DNA of 64,000 nucleotides from Polyangiaceae bacterium (GCA_044224495.1 JBGAKG010000027.1:93521-157520), one strand, 5' to 3'; positions 18,921 to 28,278 are shown, counted from the stretch's first letter. Notes: generated by a model from the sequence alone, not told the origin. Numbers and translations: made by a program.

Positions 18921-20153
18921 TCAAGGCAGGCGCAGGTCGAGGAACCGGCCCTTGGCGCGGAACGCCGGCGACGCACCCTCTTGGTACGCGAGGAAGAACA
19001 CGCCCGCCGGATCGACCGTCGTGAGCTCGAGCGGATACGGGGGGACGTCGCTCACGACGACGACCTCGTTCGTCAGCGCACCGGCGCCGTCGAAGCGCGC
19101 GAGCTTGAGCTGGCGATGACCCGCGTCGATCGTCGTGCCCACGATCGCGCCGCCGACCTTCGCGAGCGCGATCGCAGGCGCCCCGAAGCCACTCGCATCG
19201 ACCGGCGTCGCGCCGTTCGCGCTCACGTGCAAAAGTTTCGCGCCCCCCGCCGCGGTGCCGGCCGCGAGCCAGACCTCGGACCCGAGGGCCGCGAGGCTCG
19301 GCGCCAGCACGTCGGGCACGCTGCCGAGCTTCGTCGCGTTGGAGGCCCCGTCGTCGATCCGCACGAGCTCGACGGAGGAGCCGTTTCCCTGGTTGGGCTC
19401 CGACTGCCACGCGACGATCATGGCGCCGGGGATCGTCACCACGTCGGGCACGCTCTGGGTCATGGCGGCGTCGAAGCCGACGTCGATCGAGCCGCCGACC
19501 GGCGCTCCTTCGGCGTCGAGGCGCGCGCCGAAGACCTGGAACGCGGGGGCTTCCGGGACGCCCCACGCTCCGGTCAGCGCGAAGCCGGTCGCGCTCGGTT
19601 GGCTCGGTGCGATCTGGGCCATCCATGCGTTGGCGGTGATCGGCTTTCCGCTCCGCGGCCCGTCGTAGGCGCGCGAGGCACCGCGAGCGACGCCATCGCG
19701 ATCGAAGGTGCGGACGTGGAGCGAGAGGTTGTTCTGTGCCGCGCCGGAGTCCGCGGCCCACGTGACGACGACGCGCTCGCCGCGCACGGCAACCTCGGGG
19801 TCCACGTCGTTGCCGTCGTCGTCGCTCACGCGGATCGGCGCGAACGCGGGTTTGCCGTTGCACCCGAACGCCGCGAGGAAGACGTCGAGCTTGTTCTTGT
19901 CCGCGCCCTTCGGGCGGTCGTAGACGACGTACACGCGGTCGCCGGAGAAGGCGCTCGCCGCGTGGACCTGCGTGTCGGGGCCGCTGGGGTCGATCGCAAA
20001 CGCGGCGTCAGTGAAGGTGGTGCACGCAGCAGCCGCGTCGGGACCCGCGTCCGCCGGCGGCGTCGCGGACGAGCCCGAGCTGCAGGCACAGAGCGCCAGC
20101 GGCGCGAGGGCGAGGGCCGTGAGGAGGCGGTACTTCACGGGCGCGGTGTACAC
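18921..20153 (-). CDS. hypothetical lipoprotein (upstream member of the cytochrome c/GMC operon)
   Basis: Lipobox LALCACSSGS; 410 aa; same strand and 42 bp upstream of the cytochrome c gene. Confidence 0.55.
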   Translation of the reverse strand: MYTAPVKYRLLTALALAPLALCACSSGSSATPPADAGPDAAAACTTFTDAAFAIDPSGPDTQVHAASAFSGDRVYVVYDRPKGADKNKLDVFLAAFGCNGKPAFAPIRVSDDDGNDVDPEVAVRGERVVVTWAADSGAAQNNLSLHVRTFDRDGVARGASRAYDGPRSGKPITANAWMAQIAPSQPSATGFALTGAWGVPEAPAFQVFGARLDAEGAPVGGSIDVGFDAAMTQSVPDVVTIPGAMIVAWQSEPNQGNGSSVELVRIDDGASNATKLGSVPDVLAPSLAALGSEVWLAAGTAAGGAKLLHVSANGATPVDASGFGAPAIALAKVGGAIVGTTIDAGHRQLKLARFDGAGALTNEVVVVSDVPPYPLELTTVDPAGVFFLAYQEGASPAFRAKGRFLDLRLP

Positions 20154-20209
20154 CGTACATGCCCGAGCGTCGAGCCCCGCGAGGCGCGACGTGATACCCC
20201 GGAGAAAGC

Positions 20210-22390
20210 TTGCACGGGCACAGTTCGAGCCTCCGTGTCTTGGGTGATTCGACGCTCGGTCTGCACGGGCCCGTCGCGGCGCTGGACGTCTCGCCGAACG
20301 GGCGGCTCCTCCTCGCGACGACCGACGACTTGGACGGCGACGCGGCCGTGTTCGATCTGCAGACGCTCGCGGTCGTCGATCGCGCGCGGATCACGGCGAG
20401 CGCGGCGTGGTTCCTCGACGACACGACGTTCGTCACCGCCTACGCGATGACGCGGTGGCACCGGGTCGGACAGCGGGAGCTCCTCCGCGAGTCGCAGGGG
20501 CACGGCGTGCCCCTCGCCTACGCGCGGGGGCGCGGGCTCCTCGCGCTGACCCAACGGCCGGAGACGACGATCGTCGACGTCATGTCCCCCACCGGCTCCG
20601 TTCTCCACCGAGTGGCGACGCCATCCGCGGCGAAATCACTCGCCTTCGACCGCGACGGGAGTCGACTCGCGATCGGCTGCGAGACCGGCGCCGTCGTCGC
20701 CCACCTCGCCGAGGGTGCGAGAGTGGACGTCGTCGTCGCCGAGGGACGCAACGTGCTCGTCGCGTGGGCCGGCGACGAGCTGATCACGATCGACGCCGAC
20801 GATCGGAGCGCCCGCGTGTGGCGCGGAAAGACGCCGCGCATCGCCAAGCTCGAGAGCGAGGTCGAGCGCGCGGCCACTTCGCCGAACGGCGTGCTCGCGC
20901 TCGCGAGCCCGGCCGCCGTCATCGTCGACCCGCTCGTCCGCGCCCGCCGCACGCGGATCGTCGGCCCGATCGGCGCGCTCGCCTTCGTCGGCGAGCGACG
21001 CATCGCGCTCGGCGTCCGCAACAAGGTCCGGTTCCTTGACGTCGAGAAGGGAACGGTCGAAGAGCGCGGCCACGGCCACGACGAGAGCGTCGAGCACGTC
21101 GCGACCACCGGCGGCGGGAAGCTCCTCGCGACGGCGGGTGCCACGCGCGGCACGATCCGGCTTTGGGACACGGTCAGCGGGGGGCTCGTCCACGAGTTGA
21201 CCGGCCACGATGGCGGGCCCTCTTGCCCTTCGTTCACCCGCGAAGGCGACCTCCTCGCATCGGGCGGGCGCGACGGGCGGCTCGTGCTCCACGACGTCCG
21301 AACCGGCGAACGCGTCGACGCGACGCCCGTCGGAGGTGGGTTCCGCGGCATCGCGGCGACGTTCGCGCCCGACCGGAGGATCTTCGTCGTCCAGGAGGAC
21401 GGCCTCGTCACGGTCCACGCGCTCGGCGCGCTGTCGGACGCCAAACGGCTCGCGCGCGTTCAGGGCGGCGGCTTGTTTCCGCCGTCGATCGCGGTCGATT
21501 CCGGGTGCCGTTGGGTCGCCGTCGGTTTGGCGGGGAAGGTGACGGTGCTCCACGCGGACGGAGAGTCCGCCGGGCGCGAGGTGATGGTGATCGAAGGCGA
21601 GGCGCGACTCCCCACCTTCGCCCCCGATGGGCCGCTCCTGGCGCTCCGTCAGGAGCACCAGCTCCTCGTCGTCGAGGTGCCGACCCAGCGCGTGCTCCAA
21701 CGCGTCGACGTCGCCGTCATCCACTCGATCGCGTTCCTGCCGGGAGGGTCGGTCGCGGTCGTGCCCTACGTGGACGCGCCGGCCGAGGTGATCGACGTCG
21801 CGACCGGCGAGCGCCGCCCGCTCTCGCTCCCGAGTCGACCACGCTCCGTCGCGAGCGCCGGGCTCGGCATGATCGCGCTCGGCTTCGCCGACGGAACGGC
21901 CGCCCTCTGCCCCGCGCCGCTCTCGGCGGCGATGCAACGGGTGGTCACGCTCGACGTGCTTCGCGGCGTGCTCCACGAGCTGCTCCCGCGCGATGGCGAG
22001 GCACGCGGCGGCTACCGCGACGTGCCGGCGACCGCGAGCCTCGACGGCGACGCCCTCTCGCTGAGCCGCGCCGGAGCGCGCTTCCGGATCACGGTCGGCG
22101 CCGACGCGCAGGGGTGGTTGCTCCGCATCGAGCGCGAGGGTCGTCCGTTCGTGGCCCCCGTGCCGTCGCTCCTGGCGCGGGCGCGCCGTTGGGTCGGGGC
22201 GCGTCCGGGACCCGGCGACGTCGCGCCGGCGGTCGTGGCGCTCGGCGCGGTCGCCTCGCGCAGAGCCGAGGTCGAGCCGAGTGGGGCGCTGCTCGTCCGC
22301 GGCGCCGACGCCAGCGGCAACGGGACGAGCCCCCCGCCCGACGCACCCGAGCTCGAGCGCTGGCTCGTGGCGCTCGCGCCGGCGCCCTGA
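20210..22390 (+). CDS. WD40/beta-propeller repeat protein
   Basis: Repeated WD-like blades (LATAGATRGTIRLWDTVSGGLVHELTGH, LASGGRDGRLVLHDVRTGE); 726 aa; start uncertain. Confidence 0.6.
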   Translation: MHGHSSSLRVLGDSTLGLHGPVAALDVSPNGRLLLATTDDLDGDAAVFDLQTLAVVDRARITASAAWFLDDTTFVTAYAMTRWHRVGQRELLRESQGHGVPLAYARGRGLLALTQRPETTIVDVMSPTGSVLHRVATPSAAKSLAFDRDGSRLAIGCETGAVVAHLAEGARVDVVVAEGRNVLVAWAGDELITIDADDRSARVWRGKTPRIAKLESEVERAATSPNGVLALASPAAVIVDPLVRARRTRIVGPIGALAFVGERRIALGVRNKVRFLDVEKGTVEERGHGHDESVEHVATTGGGKLLATAGATRGTIRLWDTVSGGLVHELTGHDGGPSCPSFTREGDLLASGGRDGRLVLHDVRTGERVDATPVGGGFRGIAATFAPDRRIFVVQEDGLVTVHALGALSDAKRLARVQGGGLFPPSIAVDSGCRWVAVGLAGKVTVLHADGESAGREVMVIEGEARLPTFAPDGPLLALRQEHQLLVVEVPTQRVLQRVDVAVIHSIAFLPGGSVAVVPYVDAPAEVIDVATGERRPLSLPSRPRSVASAGLGMIALGFADGTAALCPAPLSAAMQRVVTLDVLRGVLHELLPRDGEARGGYRDVPATASLDGDALSLSRAGARFRITVGADAQGWLLRIEREGRPFVAPVPSLLARARRWVGARPGPGDVAPAVVALGAVASRRAEVEPSGALLVRGADASGNGTSPPPDAPELERWLVALAPAP

Positions 22391-22409
22391 GTCGGGTCAC
22401 AATGCGTGC

Positions 22410-24266
22410 GTGATCCGTCCGAAGCACGAAACCGACACCGACGCCGCGACGCTCGTTCAAACGAAGGACCGCGCCGAGCTCGAGCCGACCCTCCGCGCCG
22501 CCGGGGTATCGTCCGGCGTCGCTCCGATCGGCGAAGCGACCCTCGACGCGCCGCTCGGCCCCGAGCACGCCGGCGAACGCTACGTCTTCAAGAAGCCGCT
22601 CGGCTCGGGCGGCATGGGCGAGGTGCGCCTCTGCCACGACGAGCGCATCGGGCGCGAGATCGCGCTGAAGGTCATGCGGCGGGAGGCCGTGTCGGCCGAC
22701 TCCGCCACGCGCTTCATCCGTGAAGCTCGCGTGCAAGGCCAGCTCGAGCACCCGAGCGTCGTCCCCGTCTACGATCTCGCGCGTGACGAGAACGGCTCGC
22801 TCTACTTCACGATGAAGCGGATCCGCGGGATCACGCTCGAGGAGGCCATCCGCCCGCCGAGCGACGCAGCGCCGCGCTACTCGAAGCGCCGCTTGCTCAA
22901 CGCGTTCGTGAGTGTCTGCCTCGCGGTGGAGTTCGCGCACTCGCGCGGCGTGCTCCACCGCGATCTCAAGCCCGGGAACGTGATGCTCGGCGAGTTCGGC
23001 GAGGTCAACGTGCTCGACTGGGGCATCGCGAAGATCACGGGTCGCGCGATGGCGGAGGCGAGCCCCGAGAGCGCACCGCTCCTCGACGTCGACGGGCCGA
23101 ACAGCGGCCGCACGGTGGCCGGGTCGCTCGTCGGGACGCCGGGTTACATGTCGCCGGAGCAAGCGCGGGGCGAGCTCGACGCGCTCGACGCGCGCTCCGA
23201 CGTCTACTCGCTCGGGGCGATCCTCTACGAGATCGTGACCGGCGAGCACCTGCACGACGGTCCCACCGTGTCGGCGATCCTCGCGAGCACCGTGCGGGGA
23301 CCGGCGAACCCCAAGCCCTCGGGGCGGGCGCCCGACGTCGCGCCGGAGCTCGACGCGATCTGCGAGCGCGCGCTCGCGATGGATCCGAAGGATCGCTTCG
23401 GCTCGGCGCGCGAGCTGTGCGACGCCCTGGAGCACTTCCTCGACGGCGACCGCGATCTGATGCTGCGGCGCGAGATGGCGGAGGAGCACGTCCTCCGCGC
23501 GCGCGATGCCCCTTCGCGCGAGGTCGCGCTGAAAGAGGCCTTCCGCGCGCTGGCGTTGAACCCCGACGACACCGAGGCGCGCGGGCTGGTGGCGAAGCTC
23601 CTCCTCGAAGCACCGGACGAGGTGCCGGCCGCGGCGCGGCCCGAGCTCGACGCGATCGAGGCGCGCGTCCGCAAAGAGGGCGCGCGAGCGGCGGCGCGCC
23701 GCTACCTCACGTGGATGCTGTTCATCCCGCTCGTCTTCGCGATGGGCGTGCGCTCGTGGGCGCTGACCGGCACGGTGATCGGCCTGATGCTCGCGTCGAC
23801 GGCGGCCTCGGCGGCCATCGCTCGCTTGGAGCGGCCGCGCGCGCTCCACGGCGTCGTGCTGCTCGGGCTGAGCATGGCGACCGCCTCGGCGGTGAGCGTC
23901 TTCCTGGGCCCGTTCGTGATCGTACCCGCGCTCGCGGCGACGAACGCCCTTTTCTTTGCACTCTACACAGAGAAGCGCTGGCGCCCCGTCATCGCGTTCG
24001 CCGGGCTCGCGGCCGTGCTCGCTCCGTGGCTCCTCGAGATCGCGGGCGTGCTTCCGGCGTCGATGGCTCACGCCGAGGACGGCGTGACGCTGCTCGCCCG
24101 CGCGATCGCGATCGAGCCGCGCTGGGTGGAGGGCTTCCTCCTCCTCACCTCGGCCGGCATCTTGGTCACGACCACCGGGACGGTCGGCCGCGTGCGCGAC
24201 GAGCTCGGGGCGTCCGAGCGGCGGAGCTTCCTCCAGGCGTGGCACCTCCGGCGCATGGTGGAGTGA
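22410..24266 (+). CDS. membrane-anchored Ser/Thr protein kinase
   Basis: Hanks kinase motifs GSGGMGEV, ALKV, HRDLKPGNVML, DWGIAK, GTPGYMSPE; four C-terminal TM segments; GTG start 20 bp after the WD40 stop. Confidence 0.8.
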   Translation: MIRPKHETDTDAATLVQTKDRAELEPTLRAAGVSSGVAPIGEATLDAPLGPEHAGERYVFKKPLGSGGMGEVRLCHDERIGREIALKVMRREAVSADSATRFIREARVQGQLEHPSVVPVYDLARDENGSLYFTMKRIRGITLEEAIRPPSDAAPRYSKRRLLNAFVSVCLAVEFAHSRGVLHRDLKPGNVMLGEFGEVNVLDWGIAKITGRAMAEASPESAPLLDVDGPNSGRTVAGSLVGTPGYMSPEQARGELDALDARSDVYSLGAILYEIVTGEHLHDGPTVSAILASTVRGPANPKPSGRAPDVAPELDAICERALAMDPKDRFGSARELCDALEHFLDGDRDLMLRREMAEEHVLRARDAPSREVALKEAFRALALNPDDTEARGLVAKLLLEAPDEVPAAARPELDAIEARVRKEGARAAARRYLTWMLFIPLVFAMGVRSWALTGTVIGLMLASTAASAAIARLERPRALHGVVLLGLSMATASAVSVFLGPFVIVPALAATNALFFALYTEKRWRPVIAFAGLAAVLAPWLLEIAGVLPASMAHAEDGVTLLARAIAIEPRWVEGFLLLTSAGILVTTTGTVGRVRDELGASERRSFLQAWHLRRMVE

Positions 24267-24387
24267 CGACCCTGATCGCGTTGCCTCGCCCTCGCTCGCA
24301 CGCGGGGCCGAGGCACGATGTGGCACACCGCGAGCCAGCGGAAATTCCAGGGATCGGCGAGGCACGCGGCTTGCTGAAGCGACGGGC

Positions 24388-25032
24388 ATGCTCCCTTCGT
24401 TCGCTTCCTCGTCGCGTACCTTCTCCTTTCTCTTCGCCGCGGCGGCGGCTGCGGTCCTATCGATCCACTGTGGCGGGCGCATCGATGGCGATGCGCCGAG
24501 CACGTGCCCGACGAACCTGAACGAAGCCTGCCCGACGAACGCGAAGTGCACCGCTCACGTGACCGACTGCGGCGGCGCGCGCGACGTCACGTGCACCTGC
24601 AACGGCACCGGCTGGTCGTGCCCGCAGACGGGCGCGTGCCCCAACCCGTGCACCAACGTGACCCCGGGTGGCTCGTGCTCGGCCGAGGGCACCTTCTGCA
24701 AGACGCCCCCGCCGCCGAACTGCGATCTGCCGCCGGCCGGTGGCTGCACGTGCTCGAACGGCAAGTGGACGTGCTCCATCACCATCTGCGAGGATCCCCC
24801 GCCGCCGGTCCCCGCGTGTCCTCCGCCGAGCGCGATCCACGAAGGCGGGAGCTGCGTCGGCAACGCGACGTGCGGCGGCTACCTCCAGTGCCCGCAGGGT
24901 GGCTCCGCGAACGTGAGCTACGACTGCGTGAACGGTCGCTGGCAGATGTGGGAGTACTTCCAGGATCCGTGCGACACCATCGAGCCCGACGGCGGCTTGG
25001 TCATCGTGGATGGCGGGAAGAAGGGCGGCTGA
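24388..25032 (+). CDS. Cys/Pro-rich secreted protein
   Basis: Signal peptide; 30 Cys in 214 aa; PPPP motifs. Confidence 0.5.
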   Translation: MLPSFASSSRTFSFLFAAAAAAVLSIHCGGRIDGDAPSTCPTNLNEACPTNAKCTAHVTDCGGARDVTCTCNGTGWSCPQTGACPNPCTNVTPGGSCSAEGTFCKTPPPPNCDLPPAGGCTCSNGKWTCSITICEDPPPPVPACPPPSAIHEGGSCVGNATCGGYLQCPQGGSANVSYDCVNGRWQMWEYFQDPCDTIEPDGGLVIVDGGKKGG

Positions 25033-25036
25033 GCGT

Positions 25037-25546
25037 TCAGCTCGGCGAGCGCAGGCTCAAGGTCCCCAGGTAGTCACGCTTCCCCACCGGAACGCCCGCG
25101 TGGCGCAGGATCGCGTAGGCGTGGCACAGGTGGAAGAAGAAGTTCGGGAGCGCGTGCTCGAGGAAGTAGTCCGCTCCCGTCATCACCTTCCCCTCCCAGC
25201 GGGGTTGGCTCACGCGGCGTGACTCGGCGCCGATGAAATCGTTCGCGTTGAACCCGTCGAGGTAGCTGATCGTCTGGCGGATCCGCGCGCGCAGGTCGTC
25301 GATCGACTGCTCGTTGTCCGAGTTCACGGGAGCCTCTTTCCCGGTGATGCGCGCGATGGAGAGCTTCGCCGTGTCGCAGGTCACCTGGACCTGGCGGAGG
25401 AGCGGAAACTGGTCGGGCGCGAGGCGCATCTCGAGGAGCGCCTTCGAGTCGGTCCCCTTGGACTCCGCGTGGGTCTTCGCCATCTCGAGCCACTTGTCGA
25501 GCTGACCGAGCATCTTCTTGAACTGGCGGTACGTGACCTCGTACAT
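25037..25546 (-). CDS. DUF1993-like protein
   Basis: 169 aa; lower-GC, cytoplasmic-looking, well-formed ORF resembling the DUF1993 family. Confidence 0.55.
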   Translation of the reverse strand: MYEVTYRQFKKMLGQLDKWLEMAKTHAESKGTDSKALLEMRLAPDQFPLLRQVQVTCDTAKLSIARITGKEAPVNSDNEQSIDDLRARIRQTISYLDGFNANDFIGAESRRVSQPRWEGKVMTGADYFLEHALPNFFFHLCHAYAILRHAGVPVGKRDYLGTLSLRSPS

Positions 25547-25606
25547 GCCCTCATCTTACGCCGGAAACCGCGGCCGGGCGTCGGATTCTCCGATCGGGCG
25601 CCGCGC

Positions 25607-26272
25607 TCAGTGGCGGGTGATGGTCGTGAAGCCTTCGAAGCGACGCGCCCAAACGTCGTCGCGGAGTGCGTCGGCATCGGCCGTGATCGCGGCCATCACC
25701 GGATCGGGCTCGGCGCGCTCCTCGCCGCGCGCGACACGGCGAGGCTCGCCGATCGCGACGAAGATCTCGGGCCGCTCGTCCTCGATGAACTCGTAGCGAA
25801 CGACCACCGTCGAGAACGGCGCCTTCGAGCGCGCGGCGAGCCAGCTCGCGCCGGCGATGCTCTCGAGCGGGCGCTTGTCCATCGACTCCTGCTTGCCCTG
25901 CGGATAGATGCCGAGCCGCATGTTCGGCTGCTCGAGGAGCTCGAGCGCATGCCGCAGCGCCGCCGCCGAGCCGGCGCGCGTCGTCCGATCGACGCCGAAC
26001 GCGCCGATCCAACGCAGCCACGAGAGCTTCTTCAGGTTCGCCTCGTCCATCATCACGTCGTGCCGCGCGCCCGGGGGGAACCAGCGCCGCGACAGGTGAT
26101 AGATCACGAGCGAGTCCCACCAGGCGACGTGCTGGCACGCCATGATCACGGGGGCCGTCGGCGGCGGGAGGTTGCCCCGCACGTGCACGGCCGCGAAGCG
26201 CCGCCGGAAGAGGTTCTTCACGTACCAGCCGAAGGCGGTCTCGAACGCAGGCCAGTGCGCGGAGGGGATCAT
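25607..26272 (-). CDS. lysophospholipid acyltransferase (PlsC/LPLAT family)
   Basis: HVAWWD (HxxxxD) catalytic motif, FGVDR and IYPQG motifs; ATG at 26272 by codon count; 15 bp downstream of the ferritin-like gene on the same strand. Confidence 0.7.
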   Translation of the reverse strand: MIPSAHWPAFETAFGWYVKNLFRRRFAAVHVRGNLPPPTAPVIMACQHVAWWDSLVIYHLSRRWFPPGARHDVMMDEANLKKLSWLRWIGAFGVDRTTRAGSAAALRHALELLEQPNMRLGIYPQGKQESMDKRPLESIAGASWLAARSKAPFSTVVVRYEFIEDERPEIFVAIGEPRRVARGEERAEPDPVMAAITADADALRDDVWARRFEGFTTITRH

Positions 26273-26286
26273 GAGCGCGTCGGCGA

Positions 26287-27423
26287 CTACGATGACGACG
26301 AGCGGCGCTCCGCTCGCGAAGCGCTCGGAGCCGCGCTCGGCGGGACCGCGGGCGCCAGGAGCACCTCGGCCACGAGGCGGCCGACGAGCTCGCGGTGCGC
26401 GGGGCGGAGGCGCGCGATGCTCTCGAGCTCCGCGTCGAGCACGCCGCGCGTCCGCGGGAACGCGGAGAGCAACCAGCGCGCGGTCTCGAAGGCGAGCGCG
26501 GCGTGGCGCGCTTCGTCCTCGGCGATCCCGTCGAAGAGCTCGGCGAGCGCAGGGTGCTCGGCGGAGGCGGCGTGCTCGGCGGCCTCCGCGGCGGCGAGCG
26601 TCTCGCCGATGCAGCCGCCCCGAACGACGTCGCGCAGGAGATCTTCGGCGACGACCTCGGCGTCGCCGAAGCCGACGAAGGGGGCGACGGCTTCGGGGAA
26701 GCGCGCGGGCCCGAGATCGGCCCCGCCGAGGTGCGAGAGCCACGCGAAGCAGGCCCGCGCGTGGACGATCTCGTCGTGCAAGGCGCGCTGCGTCTCTTCG
26801 ACGAGACGCGGCGTCGCCCCGAGCGCGACGAGCTGGCAGATCGTCCGCGCGAACGAAGCGATGCTCGCGTGCTCTTCGCGTGCGCTGCGCGCGAAGACGT
26901 CGCGCCAGCGATCGCGGGTCGCGTCGTCGAGGACGGCGCTGGGCGTTGCGCTGCGCCAGTCGCCGCGCGGGGCGAGCCTGGCGACGACGGGTCCCCCGCC
27001 GACGTAGAGCGGGCGGCCCCCCATGATCGGCTCGTCCTCGCCGTGGCACGTCCCCGGCCGACCGGGGATGGTGTGGGCGCCATCGAAGGGGAGCGCGCAA
27101 CGCATGCCAGCGCCGCAGTCCGCAGCGGTCCAGCACGAAGCGCCACGCTTGCTCGCCCCCGCATCGCGAGCGGCGACCCGAACGGAGGGAGCCGCGGAGG
27201 CGCTTGCGATCGGGGCTGCGGAGGCGCTTGCGATCGCGGATGCGGGCGCGGACGCGGATGCGGTCACGGACGCGGACGCGGTCACGGACGCGGTCACGGA
27301 CGCGGACGCGGTCACGGCTGCAGGCGCGGTCGCAGCCTCGGGCTCACGCGCACACGCGAGGAGCGATCCGGCGACGGGAGCGGCAGCGAGATGCGCGAGG
27401 ATCAACGCTCGGACGGACTTCAT
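26287..27423 (-). CDS. ferritin-like di-iron domain lipoprotein with Ala/Ser/Thr/Val repeat linker
   Basis: Lipobox SLLACAREP; repeat linker (TASASVTASVTASASVTASAS); ExxH-type motifs (EEH, DEIVH, DEARH) suggesting a di-iron four-helix bundle. Confidence 0.6.
   Translation of the reverse strand: MKSVRALILAHLAAAPVAGSLLACAREPEAATAPAAVTASASVTASVTASASVTASASAPASAIASASAAPIASASAAPSVRVAARDAGASKRGASCWTAADCGAGMRCALPFDGAHTIPGRPGTCHGEDEPIMGGRPLYVGGGPVVARLAPRGDWRSATPSAVLDDATRDRWRDVFARSAREEHASIASFARTICQLVALGATPRLVEETQRALHDEIVHARACFAWLSHLGGADLGPARFPEAVAPFVGFGDAEVVAEDLLRDVVRGGCIGETLAAAEAAEHAASAEHPALAELFDGIAEDEARHAALAFETARWLLSAFPRTRGVLDAELESIARLRPAHRELVGRLVAEVLLAPAVPPSAAPSASRAERRSSSS
27190..27325. repeat. in-frame tandem repeats (GCGGAGGCGCTTGCGATCG x2; GACGCGGACGCGGTCACG units) encoding the AS/VT-rich linker
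   Basis: Direct inspection of 27193-27320. Confidence 0.6.
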
Positions 27424-27498
27424 TCCGAGAGCGTATGCGAACGAAGGGCCGGCAGGATCGTCGAGGTTGGAGGTGATGGAAAGAGGTAAGGTGCTGGG

Positions 27499-28278
27499 AT
27501 GGAGACCGTTTCCCTCACCGCCTACGCCATCGCAACCATCCGCGCGATGGAGCAAGAGCGCCCTCCCGCCGAACGTCTCTTCGAGGATCGGATCGCCTCG
27601 ATCTTCGCGCGCGATGGCGCCGACGCCGCGGAGGGGACCAAGCGCTTCTTGGAGCTCCCGTTCCTCGTCGACGCCATTCGGATGCGCACGCGCTTCAACG
27701 ACGAGCTCGTGGAGAGCGCCGTTCGGAGCGGGCTCCGGCAGGTGGTCCTGATGGGGGCCGGGTTCGACTCGCGCGCCCAGCGATTGCCCGCGCTCGCCTC
27801 CGAGGGCGTGCGCGTCTACGAGATCGACCTCCCGGCGCTCGTCACGCGGAAGGGCGCGCTCCTCGATGCCGCTGGCGTCGCCACTCCGAACGTCGTGCGG
27901 ATCGCGTCCGATTTCTCCGACGCCGCGTTCGGGGGCAAGCTCGCCGCCGATCTCGCGGCCGCCGGCTTCCGCGCCGGCGCAGGCGCCGTCTTCGTGTGGG
28001 AGGGCGTGGTCGCCTACCTCGGGCGCGATGCCGTCGAGCGCACGCTCCGCTTCATGGCCGCGCAGGGCGGGCCCGGCAGCCGACTCGTGTTCGAGAGCGC
28101 TCCGGCCGCGTTCGAGCCGGAGACGGCGGAGGACGCCGTGCGCGCCGCCGGGTTCTCGTCCGCGGAGGTGACCTCGTTCGCGACGCTGTGGAAGCAGTGG
28201 CTCGGCGGCACGCCGCACGAGAACGCGGAGATCGTGCAGGCCGTGGTCGCACGGATCGACGGCGCCGCGCTGAGCTAA
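27499..28278 (+). CDS. class I SAM-dependent methyltransferase (LCMT/TIGR00027-like)
   Basis: VVLMGAGFDSRAQRL motif and overall similarity to leucine-carboxyl/TIGR00027 MTases. Confidence 0.7.
   Translation: METVSLTAYAIATIRAMEQERPPAERLFEDRIASIFARDGADAAEGTKRFLELPFLVDAIRMRTRFNDELVESAVRSGLRQVVLMGAGFDSRAQRLPALASEGVRVYEIDLPALVTRKGALLDAAGVATPNVVRIASDFSDAAFGGKLAADLAAAGFRAGAGAVFVWEGVVAYLGRDAVERTLRFMAAQGGPGSRLVFESAPAAFEPETAEDAVRAAGFSSAEVTSFATLWKQWLGGTPHENAEIVQAVVARIDGAALS

Noticed and set aside
17362-19863. Upstream ~330 codons of the 833-aa track ORF containing the cytochrome c gene
   Set aside because: Arg-rich and overlaps the independently supported lipoprotein 18921..20153. The cytochrome is assigned a GTG start at 18879 preceding its signal peptide.
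25469-27164. Long overlapping ORFs (25469..27007 +, 25551..27164 -, and the N-terminal part of 25607..27136 -)
   Set aside because: Arg-rich. Region resolved into acyltransferase (25607-26272) and ferritin-like lipoprotein (26287-27423) on the minus strand.
27190-27325. Possible CRISPR-like or noncoding repeat array
   Set aside because: Repeats are short (6-18 bp), contiguous without unique spacers, and in-frame within a lipoprotein linker. This is not a CRISPR architecture.
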